Of a stretch of DNA of 64,000 nucleotides, positions 1-11,700 are shown one piece after another. The notes beneath the pieces are model-generated. The model made no database searches. It saw nothing but the letters and a program-made list of their open reading frames with translations, and was not told where the DNA came from. Source of the stretch: Catajapyx aquilonaris (lineage: Eukaryota); assembly GCA_000934665.2 (NCBI GenBank), contig KZ537993.1, positions 62,001-126,000 on the forward strand, in the 5' to 3' direction. Position 1 is the stretch's first letter. Every line of letters starts with the position of its first letter. Made by a program: the position numbers and the translations under genes.

Positions 1-232
1 TACCATTGTCATTGAAATTTTCTCATTACAGTATTGCCAACAGTGGTGAAGTTGATGTGGACCTCAAAATTTTGAGTAAATGTACTGTTGATCAGGGTTT
101 ACTGACTTGCTTATGATTGCAGCTTGAAGTATTTGCTCTTATGCATTAACTTGCACCACCTACTTCATTACTGATTACCACTTTCCCAGGGAAATGTCAT
201 GATGGAATGATTTATTGATTGAAGTATTTCAG

Positions 233-3200
233 AAACTTACATCTGGTGTACCTGCTCTGATGTCATCATTGGACCAGAATTATTTCTACCGTGAAGTACG
301 CAGATTGACTGACGCATACAACCCCTCTTCATCAATCAGCACAGGTGTAGTTACAAGCCTTAGTCAGCACCCAAAGGAGCCGCTTGATTTAGACAATTCT
401 GATTTGAGTCTGGAGTCATTCTTGCTCATCCCTGGAAGGCGCTTATCATCTGGTATATTCACGTACATTATTTTTCTGTACAATGCAGATGTGTAACGTG
501 TTCATTCTACAGCTTTGTGCCATGGAACAGAAGAGGGGCCCATTGTTAGAGAGCTGAATTGCTGCACCCCAGGTGTCATTGGGAATATATGCTTACTGCT
601 GCACAATGTGATCTGCCTTGACTCTGACAAGGTAGCTGCCAGACTGAACGAATTTGGCATCTTGGAATCTCTCCTTAGGTGCATGGAAAATGTTCCTACA
701 AATAATCAACACTGGCATGGTGCCACTTACATGTACACTAAGGCATGCTCCCTTATTGCCCTCTGTGGTCTGAGAGATCATGTGGTTAGGCAACATGTGC
801 TGCACAACGGCAAGAGCCTGGACACATTTGTGAAGCTATTGGATGCAGAACTTTTTGGTAATTATAACTTATTAGGGGGGGTTATAGAAGTCAAGATTCT
901 CTTTTGCTGTATTTCTAAGAAAGAAATTTTAAGTGCTAATTGAAAAAATCATTATCAATTCAATGGAACCACGTAGCTTTAAATTTATTGATACAGTAGA
1001 CCCCTGATTATCCATCACCCATGAGACTGGGACAGGGCGGAACACAAAAGGTCAGATAATAAGAGCATCTAAATTAACTTGAATGAAACACAACAATAAA
1101 CATAAAATACATCTTAGAAATAGTGAAGTGTTTTTCTATTACGTACACAATCCACCCTACTGTACATTTATAATTTAACTAAGCCAACACAAAACAAAAT
1201 ACATACAAAATACAAAACAAAATCATAATATTGATGAGAAAACATAGATTTATTGCTGGGGAAAATATACTTTCATTTTTCTGTTTTGAAGATGACATCC
1301 TAACATTAGTTGCTTGAGTCTGTCCACTTATTTGGCCACAAAATATCCATAGGTGTTGAAGTAGGATGCTGTCCAATATGCTGAAGAGACTGATATTCAG
1401 AGAGTGGCTAATCAGGGGTCCACTGTATTTATATTTCACGAAGTCAATTTTGGGAATGAAATTAAGACCATGTCACTGCTTTTGCACTCCTGCGGAGACT
1501 TGATTGTTCAGTTCCCTATCATGCACTTTGCTCCACAACATTTTCACACTAGAGTTGTATGATAATACATCTCCTTGCACCAAAAGTAGACAGATAGTCT
1601 GAGGAATGAGCTGGCTGTAGTATTACATGAAAAGTAGTCAGAGTTCCATGTAATAATTGCTCTCAGGAATTGACATTGTGGACAGGAGTGGGGCAAGTGT
1701 CAGCTTAGTTGGTACCATTAAAATGGTTTGCTTAATTTTCAGGTAAAGAAGAACAAGTTAATGAATTGTGGGCTGAAATACTAAACTTGATCACTGTTGC
1801 TCTGAAGGATGCAGATTTGAAGAAGTTAGAGCCATTTTGTGCAGCTTTGGCCAGTGGATGGCGTGGCTATGTATTGAACGTGAAATCATGTCTGAACACC
1901 AAAAGTTCTACAAAGCTTTCAACTCACTCCATGCAGTGTTTATTGGCCATAATGTTGACGTTTGACTGTGAAGTGCGTCAATTTGTGACTTGGACTGTGG
2001 GCGACATTATTTCTGGCCGAATTCTATGCAAATCTCTTCTTAATCTTATTGAAATTATGGAAGGGAAAGATAAAATAACACTTTTACACACTCTGGGTGC
2101 TCTGCTGACTGTTTCCCAAGAAGCTAAAATTGAAGCATTAGAATCAGGTCTCATTGAAACAGTGGCTGTAATGATTGCGGACTTGAACTTGGAACTTAGT
2201 TTGGACACTAGCAATACCAAGTCAAAGGTCAGTTTTGCATCAGTTAATGGGAAGTTGCAGGTAAATCATTAACAATTTTTCTTTTTTCAGGGGCACCCAT
2301 CCATGCCTACCCTACAAGCCACTTTGATGTTAATGAATGGATTTGTCTGCGATTGCAATGAAGTCAAAAAGGAAGCAGCTTCGAGTGGACTAATGGATCT
2401 TTTGCACAAAGTGTGGGTTTGGTGCCTATTAGACCCAGGTTGCCTTCATGCTGTTTTGCAGTTGGTGTGTTCATTTTCAGCCAACTGTTCATCTGGTAAG
2501 AAATTTTTGCTGCTATTCATTTTCAGTTCTTAGGAACTGTGACTAGACACTATCTGTAGCGGTCTATCAGAAAAGGGGGCTCCCAGTGCATGTATAAATT
2601 ATTTCGAATACCATAATGCTTCCCTCAACAACTGCGGTGACATGCATTATGATTATGACTAAAACAGATGACGTAATAATAAGCAATTGATTTAGTGCTA
2701 CATAATGATCAGAAAGATGCCCTCCCTTTTTTCTGTCATGTATATTTTGGATTGCAATCAACATCACCTTCTCCACTTTCCATTTTTGTACTTTTTCGAC
2801 CCAATGCCTGGTTTCTACTGTAGATAAAAAATGAACAAATCCCAGGGGACATTGTACATTCAAGCAATAATAGCAGATACACATGACAAGCTCTGTCAGA
2901 TTTTCTCAGCATTACTTTGTAGATATCCTGCCAAGGTCATAACTAATGTCATGAAACTACTCTGACCACTTGATAATTTTCTTGGCCTTCGCCACTAACC
3001 AACATGTGCTGTACTAAACATTTTCTACATCCAGCTTCCCAGGCAATGGCCTGCACTTCACCAGTATTGGCTGTCTCGGGAAAGAAACGTCCTTCAAACT
3101 TCTCTTTAATCCATGCTGTTGTCTATGTTGTAAGAGAGGAGATGGACAAGATGGCGGCCACCCAGGATGCCAGGAATCTTCAATATGCTCTTGGGACTCT

Positions 3201-4346
3201 TGGGAACGTGTGCTGCATGCAAGAATGCAGAACTGTGATCAGCAAAGTATGTATTTATTGATTTGTTAACGTAATATTGTAGTTTTCTTCTCTCTTTGGC
3301 ACATGTTTATCACGTGGCATGCCACCCTGCCTCTCTGAAATTCCAAATTGCATGACACTTAACTTAAACATTAAATTTTAGAATACTACAGCAATTGAGA
3401 TCACTGGTTCTTCTATGCTGTAAACATTGTTTAGACTTCCAAATTGTCCTAGACAAAGCAAAATAGATGCCTGTTGTGTTGATTTGGAATTCCAGGAATT
3501 TCTGTGCTGAGTCCTGAGAGACTTGTGTCATATTCTTACAGGTCATTTTATGCAGTGTGTACCAACCATTGAATTGGCCATTCTAGTTTCTGCCATATTG
3601 ATGCATTTATATATTAATTTCCAAGTGTATGGCAGTGCTAATGCCCCACTTTTCACCATTTCATTTAAGATTAATGGTTTAACTTGTTGTTTGCAGACAT
3701 TATTCCCTGCAGTGTTTTTGCTTCTAACACCGGTGATATACACTTTCATTGTTCTCTTCTTTACAAAAGTCCTGTTCTTCTCCTATAGAGCTCTTCTATC
3801 CTGGAGCCATTCAGAATGCTGCACCCTGGTGACAGAAGAAAATTTCGAAACCGGACCCAGTTAGAAGGACTGTGGTTGGAGTTCCTGTACAATTGGAGCC
3901 AATATAGAGAGGGTCAGATAACAATTCCCCGAGCCCCAGGTTCCTTGGAAACCCTTATCACACTGTGTGACGTGAGTTCTCCAGAAAACCAACTTATTGC
4001 CCTGTCAGTGCTGAAAAACTTGGCCTTCCATGCACCTAACAGAGTGCTATTCCGTGCAACCACAAGTCCTCTTTTCACTGTGATGGCACACAAAGCAGTC
4101 GAGGGTACAGATGAGGAGAAGACAGAAGTTGCTATTGCAATGTGGGCCACGATCTCTAACTCAGAGAAGGGGAAGCAGGCACTGAAGCAGAGTCCAGTGA
4201 TGCAAGCTCTTGCAAAAATTTCTTCAAGAAAGGATGAGCTTAGTGACCATGTTGAGGAACAGTTGCGAAACATAGCTCAAATAGTTATGAATATTATTAA
4301 TGCAGATGCTTGTAAGACAAGTGAATTTCAGCTTATGAGAACCTGA
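233..4346 (+). CDS. RTTN: Rotatin (Ana3 orthologue), C-terminal exons of a centriole/basal-body ARM-repeat protein; the gene starts upstream of the window
   Basis: Phase-consistent GT-AG exons: ~233-452 (5' boundary uncertain), 513-857, 1743-2227, 2291-2495, 3035-3246, 3789-4346 (TGA). The peptides LLHKVWVWCLLDPGCLHAVLQLVCSFSANC, WLEFLYNWSQYREGQ...SLETLITL...VLKNLAFHAPNR and IAMWATISNSEKGKQALK match the rotatin C-terminus as I recall it (human LHSLWPWLLMD...LQLLCVYTAN; LWLKLLLNISSGEDGQQ; ALWALIYNYQKAKTALK). AATAAA at ~4639. Confidence 0.88.
994..1425. mobile_element. Tc1/mariner-pogo (Tigger-like) MITE in a rotatin intron
   Basis: 17-bp TIRs CAGTAGACCCCTGATTA (994-1010) and TAATCAGGGGTCCACTG (1409-1425), 1 mismatch, with TA on both sides (992-993, 1426-1427). 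No coding capacity. Confidence 0.85.
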
Positions 4347-4835
4347 TTTGTGTGCAGCAAGATTTGTGATAACATTTTAATGGTATTACGAGAGCATTTA
4401 ATTAGTATCATTTGTTTTGTATGTTTATGTCAGTTTTGTAAATTTCATTAAATTATAGCAGCAAGATAATTTAAGGCGATTTTTCTTTATGAGCCCTTAA
4501 CAACAGGAAATGCTGCATGCCAGTAGATAAATTAACATGAACATTTCCAATGTACTTTCAATGCAGTAATCAGCTTTTGCCATGTAATCTCCATTGCAGT
4601 ATTTTTAAACATTAAATATTGCAGTATTTTTTGTGTTCAATAAACAATGCTAATGAAAAATGTACCACAACCCTACATGAATAGTTTATGTGGAAAGCCC
4701 TATCCCTTGTGACCACTGTGGCCCACTTCCAATGCAATTCCTTCACCTTCAGCATGTTCAGGTACTCTTCGTCCGATGTGTCATAAATATCACCCAGGTA
4801 CCATGACTTCATGTAGGCCCCCTCTATGGTATCTT

Positions 4836-4960
4836 CACCTTATCGTGGTGGTGGGGTTTACGTGTCTCCCACGACCCGAAGAGCTATGCCAGCAGTAGCT
4901 TCGTCTACTGGTAGGGCGGCCCAAGTCGTACAGGTCTTTGGGCTAGGAGACAGACTCAAG
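4836..4960 (+). mobile_element. RTE-clade non-LTR retrotransposon 5' UTR fragment
   Basis: CACCTTATCGTGGTGGTGGGGTTTACGTG...GAGCTATGCC...GGTAGGGCGGCCCAAGTCGTACAGGTC resembles the conserved 5' UTR of RTE elements (BovB/Expander type), as I recall it. Confidence 0.7.
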
Positions 4961-5099
4961 AGATACTGTATACCAGCAAGAGCTAATAACTGCCCACTCG
5001 GCCAGTGCCCAATCAGAGACCAGTTCCTCCAAAGACCCAGAACGGATTAAACTGGCCCGACTACAGATTTGTCTAGATGCAGAGAGAAGAAGACCAATA

Positions 5100-5552
5100 T
5101 TTGGAGAGATAAAATATAATTTTTGAAGGTGTTAGCTAAGCTAAGATGTGGGACACTGCGCTAGTAGGTCGTGGCTGACAGAAACTGAGAGGAACCCTTT
5201 ATTGTGTGGGGAGGGGGAGGAGAATATGGGGCACATTGTGAGGGACAGCAGGGTAATGAGGGAGGAGAGGAGGAAATGGATACCGGCAGTGGAAGGGATG
5301 GAGGATGAAGAGATGTATGGATTTGTAAAGAATGTTAAAAAAGGGAGAGCTCTGTGTAAATACTCGTATGGTATGGTGAAGAAAAGAAAGGATGCAGTTT
5401 TGGAAAGACAGGGAGAGGGGGTGAGTGTAAATAGAATTATGTAAATGTAAATGTAAAAGTAAATGTAAACGTGTAAAGGAGGAGGAGGGTCGGCCAAGCG
5501 GCATGTGCTGCAGTCTGCAGGCCGACAAAGGCTAAAACAAACACAAACAAAC
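5100..5552 (+). mobile_element. Degenerate 3' end of a non-LTR retrotransposon (C-terminal zinc-knuckle region plus simple-repeat tail)
   Basis: Frameshifted LAKLRCG...WLTETERNPLLCGEGEENMGHIVRD resembles the CCHC-type end of a LINE ORF2. It is followed by (TGTAAA)n at ~5440-5478 and an (AAAC)n-like tail at ~5535-5552. Confidence 0.55.
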
Positions 5553-6309
5553 AATATATCCAGGCTATCATTGAAATAGTGTCATGCTCTTCAGGTAACA
5601 CATGTGGGAATGTACTCAAGAAGACGTCCCAAGCAGTGGGTGTGGGAAAAGTGAGATGATTGGAACTGGGAGTCTGCTGGGACCTTGGAAAGCTGATCAG
5701 GCCCAGCCAGCCCAGCCCAGCCAGCTAATCCCTTTTGAAGAAATTATTGCAGCCATATGGCAACCATATCCTGTCAGTATACCAGAGCAAAGTTGGGGGA
5801 GCCCTGGAACACCTGAACAGACCCTTGTTTACAGCTGTCATGTATCCGGATGCGAGAGTAACAGTGAGGCACTTCCCACGACCTGAGAAGGTGGCCACGT
5901 GACAACAAGGCGCTAATTGCGTATTAGAAGGGTTGGGTGGGGTAAAGAACAAAGTTTGGTATATGACTGCTGAAGTGGCCAAAAGAGCAAAAGTGAGCTG
6001 AGTCAGTGCAGAGGATTCGATGACAATCGTTCATCTTTGCGGAGTCGTACGTGGTGAAGGCTCAACGTCTACCTTTTATTGTCGTGCACCGCTGTTGATG
6101 CAAGAGAAACCCATTGCAGGGAAAAGGTACGCAATAGGAAAAGGCACTGTTTGGCGCTTTCATTATTCTGGTGTGGGCACTCATGAGCCTATGTATTTAT
6201 TTTGTACTGTACGAGCCGTGTACCCAAGGTGAACAGGAATAATTAATACTGTGGTATAATTAGTAATTTAGATCATATACTGTATATATGCGTCAGTGGA
6301 TGTGAGGCT

Positions 6310-6550
6310 AATTTTGAAACGGGTGTCAATAATGCAGAATTGATAATTTCGCTGTTTTATTGAGCTTTCCGGCAATGTTTCTGAGGTTGGAGTATGGAAT
6401 TCGCGCGTTAGATAATCCCGCGAATTTTCATAAAGATAATATATTTCACAGTACACAGTTAATCATTTATTTCAAGTGATTCTAACTTTTGGCTTGTCAA
6501 TAATATCATTGTAAGCACCACTTGGGCACAGTCTAGTTTCGCGTAAATAG
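6310..6550 (+). promoter_or_regulatory. Putative cell-cycle (E2F/CHR-type) promoter of the separase-N-like gene
   Basis: Local CpG-rich patch with ATTCGCGCG (~6399), ATCCCGCGAATT (~6416), TTTCGCGT (~6537) and TTTGAA (~6313), upstream of the acceptor-led ATG exon at 8741. Confidence 0.4.
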
Positions 6551-6662
6551 CTTATAAATCCATTGTTCAAAATGAATGCAGTGATAATTTTATGTGCGAA
6601 TAGGTTTGTTTTTATTCACTGTAATTTTATGGCAGTCTAAAAATAAACCCGGAATGATAATA

Positions 6663-8223
6663 CAGTTGACTCCGGATATAACTGACTCATTGAGGACCGC
6701 GGAAAAAGTATGTTATAGCCAAATCGCAACATTTGCAACGAATAAACTTACACAAGTTTTCTGCTTTCCCTGTGCCTATAATGTAAGCTACATTATTGCA
6801 CTAGCAGCGGTACCCGTTCTTCGCACGGGGAAAAAAGAGCGTGGATAATTACATTTCATTCAACATGCGGGCACCCCAGGCTAAGAACCGCTGACCTGAA
6901 GGATCCTACTTAATTCAGTTAAAATCACGCAGGTGAAATCTGCATGCTTCTGCCATAAATGACTGAACAGAACACTGAATTAATTTCACAGGTATATGAC
7001 CTTCAAAGCCCTTTTTCTCAAAACTGGTCTCGCGTGGGTTGACGCATTATTGCATAACGCCGTCCAATTATCAAAATGATACAGAGGTACCAGTTTTACA
7101 CCCCTCCATTTTACGCCGTTCTACATTAACGCCGGTTTGAAAATGACATCATACAGTTTTTAAATTGAAAAATTGTGATAACGTGGAAATTATGATAGCC
7201 TGCTGGTTGTGAAGTGGCCAAGAAAGATTTCCCATGCGGGACGTACCCGTTTTACGCAGCTCCATTTTACGCCGTTTCGCATTAACCCCGGTTAAAAAAT
7301 AAAATAACATTTGAAAATTTTGTGTCAGAATTTAAAATATATATATTTGATGATAACACAATCTGAACATGAAGGCATCACTCCAACACTTCTGAGACCA
7401 AACACACGAACGTATACCTGCTCTTCTTTCCTCTGTGTTTCCTGGTGCCTTGTGAGTTGTGGCAGGTTCTATCGATATGTACTGTACAGAGTGTAGTGGG
7501 TAGTGTTGATCTCGGCACTCCCCGAAGTACTCCAACCGTTAATTGTTACAATACCCTACGTGTACTGCAATTATTATTCTTGCCAACCTGCCCGTTGTTC
7601 TATTGTGTTCATTGTTGAATATGCAATGTTGATTTCATTTTAGAACATGAGTGAGAGAGGCAGATCCATCATTTGGGCTTGTTGACAGCGAGGGTTGCTA
7701 GGCAATTGGAAAAGCTGCGGCTTTGGGACTTTTCCCGGGGTCACCGGTATGTAAGACATGATGGCTGTGCGAAATTTGAGCGCTCTCCGTACCCGGGAAG
7801 TGGCTTAATGAGGCGTGACATACATTAAAGAAATAATAATACGTACAAATATTGAGCTTTAATATAAGGGGATATCCACACGAAACTATCCACAAAATAA
7901 GGAATTTTATCCTGCCGTCTCGTTGTTGCCTAATATACCAGAAAAGTATTATTTTGAGTAACTTAGATCGTGACAGATGCGAAAATCACCCGGGCCCTGC
8001 GGTAGGCTATTCTCAGGCTTCCTGCTCATGGGAAATGAAGTTGAATATTCAAAAACAGCATATTTTCCTGCCGAGGGTCAAAAAATTGCCTGTTATAGCA
8101 TAGGTGAGGTGAAAATGAGTCTGTTATATCAGGAGTAAAAATACACTGGACCTTATGGAAGTGTGGCAGGACTGGCCTTTCGAGTCTGTTATAACCGAGG
8201 CTGTTATATCCGGAGTTCAACCG
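6663..8223. mobile_element. Tigger/pogo-like non-autonomous DNA transposon ends, with nested repeat fragments
   Basis: TA-CAGTTGACTCCGGATATAAC at 6661-6682 and GTTATATCCGGAGTTCAACCG-TA at 8203-8225 are inverted. The 8050-8223 segment recurs in opposite orientation at ~19615-19815. Internal direct repeats TTTTACGCCG at ~7090-7135 and ~7245-7290. May be two separate fragments. Confidence 0.6.
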
Positions 8224-8582
8224 TAATTAATTGTTTTGGTGCGACTTTAAAAACTCTCAAAATATTAGTAGCTGAATGAAAATGCTCAAGGTTAATTCAT
8301 ACAGTGTTATAGCACAATCATGCCGTCTTTCACAGCATTTCTTATATATTGTACAGTATCAAGCTATTTAGATTTAGGTGCTATTGTGATGCATTGTATG
8401 GATAGATCATAAGGATACCTGAACCTAAAGCGTGTGCATCTTAAGGTTCGCAGAACCTGGGTATACACGGGTATACAGTATATTACTGCATTTTTGTCTG
8501 AAACGGTGTGGTACTTTCTTCATGAAGTACTGAAGACTGACAATCTTAGTCTATTCAGAATACAAAATAATTGCCAAGGATT

Positions 8583-8698
8583 GATACGAAGAAGTGACAA
8601 AATAATTATTTTCGCACTTCTTCGTATCTGTAGACTTATTATACACTAGAGTAGACCTACAATATTGTCGTAGGTCTACTCTAGTGAATAAGTCTACA
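8583..8698. repeat. Two adjacent near-perfect palindromes (hairpins)
   Basis: First hairpin: GATACGAAGAAGTG (8583-8596) / CACTTCTTCGTATC (8615-8628). Second hairpin: TGTAGACTTATT (8629-8640) / AATAAGTCTACA (8687-8698), enclosing CACTAGAGTAGACCTAC (8644-8660) / GTAGGTCTACTCTAGTG (8670-8686). Confidence 0.9.
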
Positions 8699-8746
8699 CC
8701 ATAGAGACGATGTGGTATGTATCTCTTAACTACTTTTCAGTCAGCA

Positions 8747-11700
8747 ATGGCAATGTCTTCAACGAAAAATATTGTACTGGAAAAAGCCAGGATGGGCGAG
8801 ATAGGTTTCGACAGTAAGAAAATTATCTCAGAGGTGAAGGTAAGAATCAAATTTTATTAACGTATTTTTTTGGGCCATCTCGTATTAATATACGAGTGAT
8901 GTAAAAACTATTACCAGCACATGTATACCAGTCCAACCAAAAAAGTGAAAATGGCTCCAGTGATTTCCTAGGACTAAAAACAGGTGATGTATCAGCTTCA
9001 AAGCAATGTATGGAAGTGGATGTCATCATCACCTGTATGCATGTGATAGAGAATAATATTTTCGCATTGGAGCATGGGTGTCAATGCATTTCCGTAAACT
9101 TGTTGAGGCCTGGCAACATTGTCCTGCATATGTGGTGATGAAATTAAATGACAAATAATGAAAATATTACACATACTGCATTAATTACAATGCCATGTGA
9201 TCCTGTTTCTGTCATGGGAAAGTCACAGAGCCCACAATCTGGGTTGTAGTATAAGGTGGCATGTGATGAGATAACTGAAAGCCTTTGCACATAATTGTGG
9301 ATTCATACAGGTCTCTTTCATTATTACAGAAAATAGTGAGTGGTGGTGGTGGTGATGGTGATGGGGGGGGGGGTGTTGAAGTCTCCTTCATAGATGATTA
9401 CCCCTTGCAAGGAAATGTCGTGATTGTGTTGTTGGTGCTGGTGTTGTTGTTGTATTTGATCACAACCTGTCAACATACGATTGACTGGCACATTTTCACT
9501 ACAATAATCCATGCTTCACTTAAATACGTCTGCACTTTATTACCCCTTCCATTGGTGTAGCATAATTTTAAAATTCACAATTTTATGTCGACAGAAGCAT
9601 GTGATGGCTGATGGAGGCCTACAATTTGCCTGGGACTTTCTGAAAGCAGTGAGAACTTCTATAAGGGAAAAGACATCCGAAGAAAATGATTTTGCTCGAA
9701 TTGCAATTTTAGTGGACTTGTGTTGTCGGAAGGTCATAAGTCATTCAAACTGGACCTCAAGGAAGTGGATTCATATATTTCATTGCCACATTCACGATGT
9801 GACTGCATATCTTCTGGAGCAGGTACTTTTGGCTGTTTGATATCTTGTTACTTAAGCACTTTGATGTGCATTATTATATTTTTCAACATTTGAGCTACAT
9901 GCATCATATCATATTATGATGTATTGTGCAACAGTTGAAAATGCATTGGAAGTACAGTATGGTACAGTACAGTATTGTTCATAACTATTCACGTTATTGT
10001 GAATGTTTTAATGTTGATTTGAATGACACTGTGCCTTACTGGGTGTGAAAAAACAGTATTATTATGAAGGGTTTGGCATGGTAATCTGTGGCTTCAAGCA
10101 CCTGTGGGTGCTGAGCTTGGAACCTATCCTGTATGGATATGCAGGGAGTATTCTATTTGGTTATTCTTTTGCAACTTTTTAATCAATTGGTTCTCTGATT
10201 AATGTTGTGCTTCAGCAGATAGATAGAGAAACAAAATTAATGTAGGCTACCACATACCCTGCACATACCAGTCATACCATTACAACGTCAGTTTGGGCTT
10301 GTCGTTTCAAGCCTTTGCAGTCTTTTAATTCATAAAAGCATAGTAGTACATGATGAAAGTATTATTTAATTCCAGGGAGAGCCAAGCTGTGCCAACATTA
10401 TCTCCATGCACTTGGAGTATGTGAATTACACTAATGACGAGTGCCACAGCAGCGAAGAAGTAGCTTTGTGCATTGCAACATACAAGCTTCTGGTCAGTGC
10501 TTTCTCAGCAGCCTGCAATAACTCACTTCTTCTTGATGCTGCCAACACATGCAAGTTGGTGGTACGCTTCTGCAAGTATGGCAATTGTGATGCCAGTTTG
10601 GCTGTTGAAGCAGTTGACAAAGCCTTTCATACTCTTGGAGCACCTAACTTCCCAGCCATTGTAGCTCTATATGGTCATGCTCTGCAGTTGGTTACTTTGC
10701 TTCCTTCTGAAGCTGACCAGGATGCCAAGTTGCGTTTCATTTTGCAGTGGACACAATGCTTGGTAAGAGCATGTCCTCTCAATGAGCCCAGATTGTTGCA
10801 TAGCTGCTGCTTTGAGGTGGTCAGAGCAACACAAATGTCATTAACTGGCGATATTCAAAATCATCTTGAACTGCATTTGACCTTCTTGGAAAGGGCAGTG
10901 CAATTTTTGATGAAGCGTGACATAGATAGTCTCAACCAGTTGGCACTGGCAGCAACTGCAGTTGGTGAAAAGGAATTGAGATTTGCCTATGCAGCTCCAT
11001 TTGAACTTTTGGCAGGTCAGTCAGTTTCTTGTGTCGCATGTACAGTACCCATCACAAAATATTAATTGTATGCTATGGGCACCTGTATTTATCTGTGGCA
11101 GGTGTGCTTCAAGATTTCAAAGGGGACAAGACAGTTCGTGAAGAACTACCCCATGTAGCCATCATTTTAGTGGTCATACTTGCTCGCCCAAAATTCAAGC
11201 CAAGGTGCAGGTCCTACCCTGACCTGCTCTGTGATATGGATTTTCGTACTTCCCACCTGCAGTGGATTGTGAAGATATTGGTCAGAGGGCATGAGTGTTT
11301 GCCATATCACGCATGGGCTGATATTGCCACTGTGCTCATTCAGTTTGGCAGAAGAGTCTCTCAAGTGTTGGAAGCAGTACCTGTAGGTGCAACCCATATG
11401 GGTGTATTGGCCAGGATAGGTAAGTGGCTTTTTTTCCAAAATTTTGTTTCCATTTACTTTCTTTTTCTTTTTGGAACAGTGGGTAGTTACTTCATGGTGT
11501 GTAAACTCTTATGTGAGAAGAAAGTCGAAGGAACCCTGGAAATGCTGGAACTTACCAGCACTTTCTCAGTGAATAGCATCTTATACAGGACCAGCAATGA
11601 CTCAGACCATGACTCAGATGATGAGGTAACAAAATAATTATTCATTAAAAAGATCGGACATGGGCTAATTATAACTATCTTGTCGTGTTATAATTATTCT

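Noticed and set aside
4612..4812. Minus-strand ORF MKSWYLGDIYDTSDEEYLNMLKVK
   Set aside because: Short, with no supporting splice structure; may be a DNA-transposon remnant but I cannot assign it.
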